Below are positions 48,601 through 60,330 of a stretch of 64,000 nucleotides of DNA, in pieces. Made by a program: the position numbers and the translations under genes. The notes under the pieces were generated by a model, which was not told the origin of the DNA, made no database searches, and saw only the letters and a program-made list of their open reading frames with translations. Position 1 is the first letter of the stretch. Each line of letters starts with the position of its first letter. Location of the stretch: assembly GCA_964106915.2 (NCBI GenBank), contig OZ066920.1. The stretch is one strand, 5' to 3'. Source of the DNA: Podarcis gaigeae. Taxonomy: Eukaryota.

Positions 48601-51600
48601 TTAATTTGGCAAAAGCACTTCTAGGTAGGGTTGCCATCTTTCAAAAAGTGAAAATCCGGACAGCTTTTTTTTTTTTGCAAAGTTGTTGAGATGGTTTTGG
48701 GATTTTTTTTGGCCAGCTTCCCCCCCCCCCCCAAGTTTCAAAGAAAGAAGATGTTTTGAGCTATTATAAAGGAAATTAACCAAAATTTACACTTCTGACA
48801 TGGGTTGCCATACGTCCGGATGTTCCCAGACCTGTTTCCTATAGCCGAATCCCAGCTATGTCCAGGAAATTCCGGACATATGGCAACTCTTGTCACTTGT
48901 ATATCCAGAGGTAATGCTGGTTCCAGGAGAACGCCCAAACAATGTACAGTTCCACCCAGAAGAACCTGAAAGTTTGTTCTTGGATTAGTACTTCCACTCC
49001 TAGTTTGTATCTTCATTTAAAAAAGAAGAAGTTTCAGTTTATTATTAGTCCTTCACTGATCCTTGACAAAAGGTCTAGAATTTTATTGGGAAAGGAAAGA
49101 AAGAACTAGGTATCATCTGTATATTGCTGACACTAAAACTCACAGGATGACCTCTCCTGGTGGTTTCATGAAAATGTTTAACAACAACCTGGATGTTATT
49201 TTTGTTAAATGCTTAACTAGAGCTAAATGTTTGTTTCCTGCAGGAATGAGGCTGATGAACTGGCTGTTGGTGCTGTTTATTGCCCAAAGTTGGAAGACTT
49301 ACTCCAACGTTCTGACTTTGTCATACTGTCTGTGAACCTGACACCTCAAACACAAAAACTGATTGGAAAAAAGGAGCTGGAGCTCATGAAACCCACTGCT
49401 ACTCTTATCAACATCTCAAGAGGTGGGATACCGAATCATGGTTGGGCAGTAAACCACATTTTCCTGGAGAGAGGCTCTAAACACACAAGAATGAGAGATG
49501 TTGGGGGAAATCATGTAATCTCCAGCAACTTGTTTCAGGAGATTAGTCTCCTACTTTTTAGGCACTGTTGAGTTAGATAAGCCTTTCCCAAACTGGTGTC
49601 CTTAAAATGTTTTGGAGCACAAATCTCATCCACTCCAGCAGGCAGTATAGAATGGTCCATGGTAAGGGATTATGGGAGTTCTAGCCCAAACCTGGAGGGC
49701 ACCAGATTGGGAAATGCTGAGCTAGACTGGAACAGATATTGGACTCACACTATAGTTCTGCAGAAATCTCGGCTGATGGCATTTCTATATTGCTGTCTAT
49801 ATTGCAGTCTATGTTTTGGTTCAAATAAAACAGTACGATTTTTTATTTAGGTCAAGTGGTTGATCAAGATGCATTGGTGAACGCGCTGAAAAATGGAGTT
49901 ATTAAGGCCGCAGCTTTGGATGTGACATATCCTGAGCCATTGCCAAGGTAAGAATGGTTTCACGGGAAAATGCTTAAGCAGAAATCAGAACCAATGTTTG
50001 TCCATAAACTATTTGGTTTGCCATCAATTGCCACATCATTGGCATAATCAATGTCCCAAAATGTATTCTGACTCATTTCTGATTTGTCTAAGGATAGATG
50101 AATAAGTTTTGGTCTTCTAAGTTTCTTATTTTTCTAATCTTAAATTCATTTCTCCACATTTCCACAGCAAATGTGCTGATTTAAAGAAAAAAATCTTCAT
50201 GGAAATTCACCAGCATTTTTGTACAAATTTCTCCTTAAAACCACATTTTTATATTTAAAAATGTTTGTAATTGTTTTTTACATTTCCCCCCTTTTATGGC
50301 TGCAACTCTTCTGTTTGTTTTTATGTGTATTTTGTAATTGTATATTTCATTGTTGTAGCGCACCCTGACACTTCATGTTAAAGGGCCAGTTAGAAATCAA
50401 ATACATTAAAAAAAAAAAAAGAAGAAACATCTGGAGGGCGCCATCACCAAGGGCAATTTAAGATGAAGCAGCTAGACGTTTACTCCAAACCATGGCAATT
50501 GTTAATTCTTCAGGTTACTGCAGATGTGATATAGGGTTGTTATCTAGTATTAATCAGGGTGGATCCATTAAATTCAATGAATTTAAGCTGGAATATGACT
50601 TAGTTGGGTATCACTCATGGTGTGTTAATGCAAACTTTACATTGTAATGGCTCTGAAATGTTAACTGGTTTGCATAGGCAAGGTGGTATAATTTTAAGCT
50701 CCATGATGCACAGACAATACTTATGCAATCAGTTTAATAACAGTTGCTCATGGACCTTGGAATTCAGATTCCAAGTCCTCCTTTGACCTCATCTGTGCAA
50801 ATCTCCTTGAGTCATGGGTAGGCAAACTAAGGCCCAGGGGCCGGATCTGGCCCAATCACCTTCTAAATCTGGCCCAGGAATCAGCGTTTTTTTACATGAA
50901 TAGAATGTGTCCTTTTATTTAAAATGCATCTCTGGGTTATTTGTGGGGCATAGGAATTCGTTCATCTTTTTTTTTTCAAAATATAGTCCGGTCCCCCACA
51001 AGGTCTGAGGGACAGTGGACTGGTCCCCTGCTGAAAAAGTTTGCTGACCCCTGAATTAAGTGAACTGTGAAATTGCAGCACCTATGCAAATGGCTGCCAC
51101 GGCAGCATAAGAGTAGATCAGTCATTCAGACCGGTTAAGCCTTGAACCTGTTAGCAGGCAAATTAATGGACGCAAGCAACCTTTTTTTACTATTTCGTTG
51201 TATAATGCAGATGTGAATCTTACTTGTATTTTGTGTATGCAGAAAACAATCTGAAGGTTCCTTATTCAGTTCCATCTCTATGTGCACTATCTGGAACGCC
51301 TCAAATGAAGGAGAGGATACAAATGTTTACAAATAGATTAAAATGTGATGTGTGACTAGCGGACACACAGAACACACCTGTCATTTAGATACCTTTTTGC
51401 AGTGCTTTTTTCTGGGGGGACACATACCCCTAAACATTTTGTGAATCTTTGTACTTTTGTCCATTTACTGCATTTATTTCCCCCAATTTGAACTATAAAA
51501 TGGTGATTTTCTTGAGTCAAAATGACAGTAGCCCTAAACATTTTTTTAAAGAAAAAAAGCACTGCCTTTGTGACCCTGAACTGATTTTAAGACTGGGATT

Positions 51601-52322
51601 TGATTGTGCCTGTGATGGCATGTTTTAGTTAGTTTCCTTCCAATTATAGAAAGGACTGAGAGCAGTGGAGGGTTCTGTCAGCAGATGAAGGGAGGTACCC
51701 GTATTTTTCGCTCTATAACACGCACCCAACTATAACACGCACGTAGTTTTTAGAGAAGGAAAATCCGTAGGCATGCCACCCGTAGGCATTCCCTCCATAA
51801 CACACACAGACATTTCCCCTTACTTTCTAGGAGGAAAAAGTGAGTGTTATTGTGCAAAAAATACGGTAATTTTCACTGATTTCCCTTGAAGTCACCCTCT
51901 CTATCCCTCATGCTGTACAGAGCAGATTTTCATGGTCATGAGACATTTCAGGGAGAACAAGGAATCAGTCACGTCTTCCCCTTCTCCTGGCAGAAGCATC
52001 CTGTGAACAGAACTCTGTGTAGGAATGTTTCTGCCAGCAACTGCCTTGTTAGGAACCAAGCCTAAATTAATAATCTGCTCATTTTCACAAACTTTTTGTG
52101 GTAAAAATAGTGGCATAGTTTACTAAGATTTTAATTAAATTTCTGATTTATTTTCTTTCTTCCTTCAGAGATCATGCTTTATTACATTTAAAGAATGTCA
52201 TTATAACTCCTCACCTTGGAAGTGCAACTTCAAAAGCTCGCCGTCTGATGATGGAAAACATGGTTGAAAGTATCTTGGCTGGTGTCAGTGGTCTCCCAGT
52301 CCCTAACGAAGTGCATGTATAA
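45684..52322 (+). CDS. D-isomer-specific 2-hydroxyacid dehydrogenase (glyoxylate/hydroxypyruvate reductase / 2-ketogluconate reductase-like), copy 3 (327 aa)
   Basis: Exons 45684-46065, 47150-47321, 49244-49422, 49851-49947, 52169-52322; ACCATGG Kozak; motifs [43 protein letters not shown]; probable upstream exon ending at 43993. Confidence 0.9.
48316..48579. mobile_element. Tc1/mariner-type MITE
   Basis: ta-cagtggtgcctcgca...tgcggggcaccactg-ta; related to 9391-9745. Confidence 0.8.
50813..51053. mobile_element. hAT-type MITE
   Basis: catgggtaggcaaact...agtttgctgacccctg termini with ggccc subterminal motifs; TSD degenerate. Confidence 0.6.
51400..51564. mobile_element. hAT-type MITE (family of 5570-5709)
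   Basis: TIR cagtgcttttttct...agaaaaaaagcactg; TSD cctttttg/cctttgtg. Confidence 0.7.
51699..51866. mobile_element. Tc1/mariner (pogo-like) MITE
   Basis: ccgtatttttcgc...gcaaaaaatacgg-ta termini with taacacgcac repeats. Confidence 0.65.
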
Positions 52323-53744
52323 AATTCTCCATATGATACAGATGAAATGTTAATTCTGTGTACATTTCGCTGTATCTGTCTCAATGTTTTTGTATGAAAA
52401 TTACGTATTCAATTTTTATTTTCAGTACGGAAAGAAGTTTGTACTTATATTCAGATATGAAAGAGAAAAATGAATGAATATGCTATTTGATGTGTTTCCT
52501 TTATTGTATTGTTCAATTTGTTTCACAGGGCTTTGCTAAATGGAATGGAAACACAAATTAAAAAAAATAAAAAGTTGTAATATGTCATTTTTTTCTGTTT
52601 TTAAAAAAATATTGCTGGATGAGATCCTTAGCACTGGGATATTAAATGAGTGTGCTGTAAAACATCACAAGAATTATTCTGAAATGTCCATGACGTTTGT
52701 ATAGCTACAATCAGTCCAATCCAAATAACTTTATTGTACTAGCCATTGGCCATGTCAAATCTGAATCAAAATAAATACAAGCGAGAAGCGTGTTGCACCA
52801 CATAGTCTCTGTTTAGATCTCTGTGTTTCCCTTACAGTTCACTGCTATATTATCCAGGGTACAATCTGTGTGACATGCTGTGGTTTCTCATATATTAAAG
52901 TTTCTGTTTTGAGAATTATGAAATGAGATACACTCATAAGAGAAGCAATTGATGTTGATTTATTTTATTGGATTACATCTAGGTGCCTATATTTTCTTTG
53001 TAAATATGATAGCCATAGTTGTACGTCCCTAAAACAAGAGTTGACATCTCCATCTCATCAAGCGTTTGGAAGCAGGAAAGGTTATAATAATGGTGTTCAA
53101 GTTTAAGAAAGAGAATCACAAGAGCACAGTAAACAAAAGTTCAGAAGAAAAAATGGTATGTTGCCTGATGATCCTACATAAATTCAGTGGTAAGTACCAC
53201 CAAATTTAATGGGATTTGGGCTGCCGTCTTAATCCTACTTGCCTGGGAATAAATTCAACAGGATTTTCTTCCGCGTAGATATGCTTTGTTATTCCCTAGC
53301 AAAGGAGCACAGAATTCAGCCTCAGTAAATACTCAACCATTAAAAGCCAAATAAAAATAGTCAATAGAGGTTACATACATCTTCAAAGCACAAAACATAC
53401 AGCCACATATGCACAGCATTCCTCCACAATGGTTATCTGTCTCCGCACACCAAACACATCAGCACTGAACAGCACACTCCAGCATTAAAATGAGATTGAT
53501 ACAGAGGATACTGATCATCAGCTCATCTCTTCCTCAAAAATACATATTTTGAAGCAGCTGTAAACAGTCCCACTCTTGCACTATTTGGGGTTTGAAATAC
53601 GTAGCCTTACTGAGAAAAAAAGAAAGCACTCAAATGTATAATGAATGAGTACACATTTCAACCTTAATTGGCAATGAATTGCATGGAATTTGGTGGAATG
53701 CACATTATTATTATTATTACGGTAATAATAATTTGTATTGTTAC

Positions 53745-54520
53745 CCAATATATCGGACATACCATCCAGATGCAGCAATGGAGAAAATTGTGGAAGCAAG
53801 ATAAAAGATTTATTGCTTGTTACACAATAAGAGAAAATCTTATGGAGATAATGTACAGGTGGTATATGACTCCCTCTAAACTGGCTGCATCTACAAATTA
53901 AAAACTAACACTTGTTGGAGATGCAATATGGTAGAAGGAACAATGTACCACGTATGGTGAGGATGTGGGAAAATCAAAAAATTCTGGAGTAGTATTCATG
54001 AGGAACTGAAAAAGATGTTTAAAACATCATTTGAGGAAAAACCAGAAGTGTTCCTGTTAGGCATTGTGTCAAGAGACATCCCCAACAACAAGAAAAACGT
54101 GTTTTTATATGCTACAGCTGCTGCCAGAATACTAACAGCCAAAAATTGGAAAGGGGACATTGTCCCATCAATAATGGGTTGGCAAAATAAACTGTGAATT
54201 TATAGAATGACAGCAGCTATCAGATATCAATCAAATCAGAAACTAAGGAAAGAATGGGAATGCGTGGAAGAATATATGACAAAACATAGTTCTAAAACAA
54301 ATTTATTGATATGCATTGACTAAATTTTGTAAAGCTAAGATATTGACAGACTTTTATGGGGAAAATTCAAATAAAATACACAACAGAATAGAATAAGGAA
54401 CAAAAACAAAAGAAGCTGTAAAGTGATGGAGGGAAGTCACAGGGGAAAATATATATACATAGAGATTTACATATGTTAAAATGTGTAACTGAATGTAATA
54501 ATGTAAATAAAATTAAAAAT
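53745..54520 (+). mobile_element. Decayed 5'-truncated L1 (ORF2 C-terminus + 3' UTR), different subfamily
   Basis: IRENLMEIMYRWYMTPSKLA...CWRC...YHVW*GC...KPEVFLLG...FLYATAAARILTAKNWK aligns to the end of the intact ORF2; has stops and frameshifts; AATAAA and A-rich end near 54506-54520. Confidence 0.85.
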
Positions 54521-54669
54521 ATCACCAAAAAAGAGAGATCAGTCATAAGGTCAAGTCTACACCATACATGGTCCCCCCACCAAATAATTTGTATTGTCAC
54601 CATCAGCATATAATTTACTATCAGCATATAATTTACTGTAGTAATAACAAAGCAGCAATATTCACTGCA

Positions 54670-55230
54670 TGTGCACGGCCACCTCGTGACAGGAGCGATC
54701 GCAAAGCAAACCCGCGTGGGCATTCATAAGAATGCGAAGCATGACTGCGGAAGGGCTGCGCTGACCGACTCAGAGGCGCCGGGCGCCGCCAGGTGTTCAC
54801 GGCTTGCGAGTACGGATGCTTTGTGGCGAAAAGAGTGCTTCATGGCCGCTGGGGGCGCTGCGGCAGCAGCTTCCTGCGACAGACCTTGCCGGGGCCTTGC
54901 GGTGCGACGAGGAGCAGCCGCGGCCGCGGAGCTGCTTCCAGCCGACGGGGAGATCTTGGAACTCCTGCGCGGCGAAGGGTCCCGGGCTCGCCATGTGGGG
55001 CGTTCGAAGCGCGGCCGCTGCAGCCTTTGCCAGCAGCCGAGCGACTCCGCCTCCCGGGACTGCAGCCTGGTGGTGGCGGCGGCGGCCTCAGGACGGCGGC
55101 CTCGGCTTGCCTCCGCTGGGCTGCCCCGGCTGCCGGGCTCTGCGCTGCTCCGCCGCCCTCTGCGGCTCCAGGAACCAGCTCAAGAAGTTCCTCTCTAAAA
55201 AGAAGTGAGTAACGCACCCCCCCACCCCGA
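54670..55230 (+). promoter_or_regulatory. CpG island promoter / exon 1 of RBFA
   Basis: GC/CpG-rich region surrounding GCCATG at 54993. Confidence 0.75.
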
Positions 55231-58200
55231 ATATTATTATTATTATTATTAATAATAATAATAATGACAGCCATAGATTTGCAATACTTACCTCTCTGAG
55301 TAAGGCAGACTTCTTTTGGGAAAGGATAAAGTCATAGAATTGTAGAGTCAGAAGGTGCAACCCCCCCTGCAATGTAGGAATACTTTTGCTCAATAGGGGC
55401 TCGAACCCACAACCCTTAGATTAAGAGCCTGGTGCTGAACCAGCTGAGCTCTCACTGCTGTTCACTAGGCCCTGTGCAGAGTACCAATGACACTTGCTGC
55501 CCAGGAAGCTCATAAACGGCAATGAATTGTTTTCCTGATCCCACCCAGCCCCCCTAAGGAGGGGATTGGGCCCCTCCTTTAGCACTTTCTACTGATTATT
55601 ATTGTTATGAGTTGGTGGGGGGCGGCAGGGAAGTAGAATGTATGGGAGATCCTTCTAACCCCGGATACAGTAAGGATCCAGGCTATTGTTGTTATTGTTG
55701 TTCCTGTTTCAATTTATATAGTGCCCTTTATCAAAAGATCTCAGGGTGGTGTACAGCATTAGAAATACATTACAAAACATCAAAAACATAGTTAAAAGCA
55801 TGCTGACAGACAGCCTGATAGTAAAATCATCATAATAATAACCGTCCTCTCCCCCACACTTTCGCAGGGCAGGCCATAGATTATTTAAAAGCCATAGGCT
55901 TGGGTAAAGAGGAATGTTTTTGCCTGGCGTCTAAAGACATGTAATGAGGTCGCCAATTGAACCTCTCTGGGGAGAGCATTTCACAAATGGGGAGCCACCA
56001 CAGAAAAGGCCCTTTCTCTTATTGCCACTCTCTGAACCTGTCTGGAAGCAGGACATAGAGAAGGGCCTCAGATGACAAGTGCATCTGCCCAGGGCCGTCT
56101 TTAGCAGATGCAGCGCTGGGGTGCAAATATCCACTCACCGCCCCCAAATTACCACAGATGGAGGGGCGAAGCTGCGCACTGCCAGCCATGGTGTGTGTGT
56201 GTGTGCGTAAGTCTCCCCCATGCCGCTGTGGGAGAGCAATCCCCACAGAGGCTTGGGAGGCAAGCTGCGCATGCGCCAGCCATATGGTTGGCGAGGCGCA
56301 GCTGGCGGGTGTGCAGGGAAAGGGGAGGCCGCCGACAAAGCCGCGCAGCTCCCCCACTCACTGGGGTGCTCCTGAGAGGCTGGTGCCCTGGCGCAACGAA
56401 CAACTCAGCCATATGGGAAAGACGGCTCTGCATCTGCCTCTCCCTAGAATAGTGCTGCTGTATTTTGACATATGTTTGATACATTATTGCTCATGTTAAA
56501 TCCATAAAACTCATATAGTCTCTCTCTCTTTTTGAAAGGAAGAAGTTTTGGTATGATAGTCCTGCACTGGGCTCTTCCCTGGTAAGCACAGACAGATTTT
56601 TAAATCGGAAATACAACTACAAAGGAAAAGTAGGTCATGGTTGATGCACAAGATATTCCTCTCAGCAATCTTTTTTTTTTGTTTTAAAGGCACACAAGCC
56701 ATCCAACTTGGCAAGTATTTTAAAGCTTCGTCCACCAAAAGTGAAGACCGAAGACAGCATACGTAAAAGAGCCCTAAATGTTCTGCTGTTCAAAGCTGTG
56801 AGAGATGTCCTGAGTACCTTTGAGGCTGGCCAAGAAGTTTATGACCTCAATGTGGAACTGTCTAAGGCAAGTACAAAAGGCGTCAATCCAGCAAAGTCCC
56901 TAATATAAAGTTGTGAGATCAGAAATGTAATAGGACCGTCAAAGCCCAGTCATGAAACCTGTTCTACAGACTTCATGATGGTATGTTGCAGTCTGACTGC
57001 AAGAACTGTAACAGAATTGGAAAAGGGCCTGTAGTTCAACCCTTGGTTAATGCAGGATATTCATCACTCCCTGTCGAAAGTCGGGCATAAGTAGAAAAAG
57101 TTGGATATGGGAAGAGAACAGCTAGATACACAGGTATTGTTGTCAGGAATTGCTTTGCTTAGGTAATAGTAATCCTCTTCTTGAACCTCTTGAATGTAAT
57201 GGGATTATTGTCATTGCCCTCTTCCCAGCTTACGAGTTCTTCACCATGTAAAATGTGCCCTTACAACTGGCATTTTGAACTCCATAGGCGTCCCTCACAT
57301 CAGATTTTTCAGTATGTCGTATCTACTGGAAGACTACTGGCAGTGTGGAACATGATGACTACATTGAGAAGGTTCTACAGAAGAGTGGTCCACGTGTAAG
57401 GTACTACAGTGTTGTATCCAGAGGAGGGTGAATGTCCTTGTCTAGAGGCCATATTGGCAACTTTAAAAGGGTACGTTGAGTGCTGGACTTAAGAATATGT
57501 GGTCAATTGACTGGTTTATTATTTGGCTGTGGTCAAATTTCCAAAGTCTAAAATGCCACTATGTAGGTGATATAAAAACTTTGTCTAACACTGTAAAGAT
57601 GGTGATTCATCTTTAAAAAGTGCTTCTGTGATTAGCATAAATATTAAACCTGTTCACAATTCAAGCATCTCTTTAACTAACACGTTAAAAATAGTTTGCC
57701 AATATATGATTGTCTAACTCAGGCATGGCCAGACTTGGCCCTCCAGCTGTTTTGGGACTACAATTCCACAATTCCCATCATCCCTGACCACTGGTCCTGT
57801 TAGCTAGGGATGATGGGAGTTGGTAGTCCCAAAACAGCTGGAGGGCCAAGTTTGGCCATTCCTGGTCTAATTGGTCAAATGGTGTTTTTGTTACTCAAAT
57901 GCCCAACTTTAGCTTGCTTATGTTACACCGTTAGGCTCGCAAGCATCTTCAGCACATGTGGAAACATGTATGTACTGTTTTCCTTCGGTTACATTCTTAT
58001 GCAACATGCACAGACAGATATGCATGCTTGCTCATGTGCACACAAACAAATACACTTCCATGCAAGTGTTCAAAATAACATTTTTGTGTATACACAGAGC
58101 AGTCCATGTTAGTTTTCAAAAACACACATACAAAATACGTTTCTGCTTCCGTTCATTGGAACCTACTTGACTGGGATCTGCAAGAATCTGCTCTAGAAGA

Positions 58201-60330
58201 GGAAGCTGCACTGCTGAATAAACAGGAAAGAGTGGCTTGTTTCCTGTGCATCACTCTCACTTTGCAAGAAATCCCTGCAAGGGTACTGTTAGCGGACATG
58301 GCCCTGTGGAATGGGGTTTGCCACAAAAGTTGGGTGGGCCTACTTTACTCTTTGAAAACTGGATAATTTTCCAATACAGTAATTAGAAGTTGTTACAGTG
58401 CTTCATTTTTTTATTCTATCTTTGTTTTTTGATTCTGATTTTCTTCAAACACTTAACAAATGTTGTAGCTGATTTTAATATTAGATGTTTCTCCTTCCTT
58501 CCTTCCTTCCTTCCTTCCTTCCTTCCTTCCTTCCTTCCTTCCTTCCTTCCTTTTTTTTTTTTTACAGACACCTTCTGATTTCACATCAGGTCCTAGGAAC
58601 CGTTCCTTCATTAGTGTTTGTCAGAGACAAAGAAGATGCTGCTATAAGAGAGGTAATGAAATTGTATAACTGTATTGTTAATATGCATTGTCAGGGTAAT
58701 TGCAGCATGGAGATGGGATACTGCTCCCACCCCTCCCCCATCCCACTGCCACAGAAAACCAGGGAAAGCCATTTTGGGATGCATTCATAGCAACTTGTTA
58801 ACAGAAATATACTATTGCACTAGGCTGATCCAGGGTGGGGTCCATTTTTCAGTCCAAAGGCCACATTCCCTCATGAGCAACTTGCTGGGTAGACAGGGGT
58901 CACATGCCAGCAGTGAGCAGGGCGAAGGGTTGTGGCCAGTGGCAAAAGTGGTAAAATAAATGGGTACGACACTTACCTGTGTGCAATATGCTACATTCCA
59001 ATTGTGTATGTCAGAATTTTCTACACATGCATCCATCCATCCAAGCAACTGAAAAGCGTTATCACATTTCAGGGGCATATTGTTTGCACAACACATTAAG
59101 CCAAGCTATGGCTTACTTGAAGTCCACAAACATGCAAGCTCCTGGAGAGGAGCTTGCAGCCATTTTGCTCCTCCTTGGTCCTTTTTTGCTCCCATACCGT
59201 CATTCAGACCCAGGCCTTTGATTAAACTGTCTCACTAACCACTAGCTGTAGGCAAGGTTTGTTCCTTTTTCAGAATCCACACCAGCCTTCCTCAACCTTG
59301 GCCCTCCAGATGTTTTCGGCCTACAACTCTCATGATCCCTAGCTAGCAGGACCAGTGGTCAGGGATGATGGGAATTGTAGTCTCAAAACAGGTTGAGGTT
59401 GAGGAAGCCTGATCCACACAGTAAACCCTAGATTGACTTACCATGATGCACGGTAATGAGGGCTTACAACTTATTTAACTTCTTGATTGTGCAAAGAAAC
59501 GGCCCTATTTCTGGATATCTTAAATGCGTGTGAATTTATTTTCCTGCAGCTTGAGAAGTTATTGGCAACTGCTGATTTTGGGCCTGAAGAAGAAGAAGGA
59601 AAGGAATCAGTTCAAAATGATTTCAGGTATAAAATTATAAACACAAATGTAACGCTTTGGAAAAACTAGTTAAAATATTTTAAGATGCGTTTTTAAGCTT
59701 CTGTTGGTTTGGTTAAGAGTTGTGTGCCTGTGGTAGGTGAAAGACTTTTCCACTCCTCCTTCCTATTGTAGTCTCAGTGTTCCCTTCCTAAAGTGCAGTA
59801 TCTGTCTCTCTAATTGAGGGACCCTCCGGAACATTGTGGGCTGCAGTGGGAGGGGGGAAATTGGCAAAAATTAGGGACAAGTATCATATACAGTTAGGGC
59901 TACAGTTCTTACTTTTTTATCCCTTTCTTGCAGTGAACGACGATACACCAAAGCCACCACATACCTGGACTCGTCCCTTTCCTGCATGCGTGATAATCTG
60001 TTTGGAATTGATCATGATGCATTAAATAAGCAAATAATTGAATACAAAAAAATGACTAAGGACAAGGAAATAGAAGGAGTTGGATTGTCAGAGCAGCAGA
60101 AGCAACAGCTGGCTGAGATACAAAAGCGCAAGAAAGTGAGATGGAAGAAAGCCAAGAAACCTTTTGATGATGGAATTACACCTCAGAAATACCTAATGGA
60201 CAAATACAGTGAAGATGATTGGGACAATGACACTGCGTCCTCACATGAACTGGAAAATGAACTGGAGGATGAATTGCAGGAAATGGAAGATAGACTGGAA
60301 GTAGATAACAGTACCACTGAGCACAAGTAA
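54993..60330 (+). CDS. RBFA: Ribosome-binding factor A, mitochondrial (367 aa, 7 exons)
   Basis: Exons 54993-55204, 56539-56581, 56690-56866, 57288-57400, 58568-58652, 59550-59626, 59934-60330 (1104 nt); Arg/Ala-rich presequence; motifs KKFWYDSP, RALNVLLFKAV, VELSKASLTSDFSVCRIYW, VPSLVFVRDK, ADFGP, LFGIDHDALNKQIIEYK; intron 3 is GC-AG. Confidence 0.93.
55331..55450 (-). mobile_element. tRNA-derived SINE with CR1-like tail
   Basis: Minus strand agctcagctgg...gggttgtgggttcgagcccc (A/B box-like) ending in ...ctctacaattctatgac. Confidence 0.55.
56090..56430. mobile_element. hAT-type MITE with perfect 8-bp TSD, next to a decayed minus-strand L2 fragment
   Basis: TIR cagggccgtcttt...aaagacggctctg; TSD catctgcc at 56082-56089 and 56431-56438. 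Confidence 0.85.
57720..57864. mobile_element. Palindromic hAT MITE
   Basis: caggcatggcca...tggccattcctg; TSD gtctaact/gtctaatt. Confidence 0.8.
58492..58563 (+). repeat. (TTCC)n + poly-T tract
   Basis: Direct reading; abuts the RBFA exon 5 acceptor. Confidence 0.95.
59283..59411. mobile_element. Palindromic hAT MITE with perfect 8-bp TSD
   Basis: cagccttcctcaacct...aggttgaggaagcctg; TSD atccacac on both sides. Confidence 0.85.

Noticed and set aside
22597-52322. Assigning the symbol GRHPR to the reductases, or invoking horizontal transfer from bacteria
   Set aside because: Exon structure and synteny differ from GRHPR; conserved spliceosomal introns and host-like composition give no in-window evidence for recent transfer
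54671-55274. Overlapping 134-175 aa ORFs on both strands
   Set aside because: CpG-island artefacts; only the frame from ATG 54993 matches RBFA
55385-55450. tRNA-like sequence on the minus strand
   Set aside because: Degenerate, no complete cloverleaf, attached to a CR1-like tail; a SINE head
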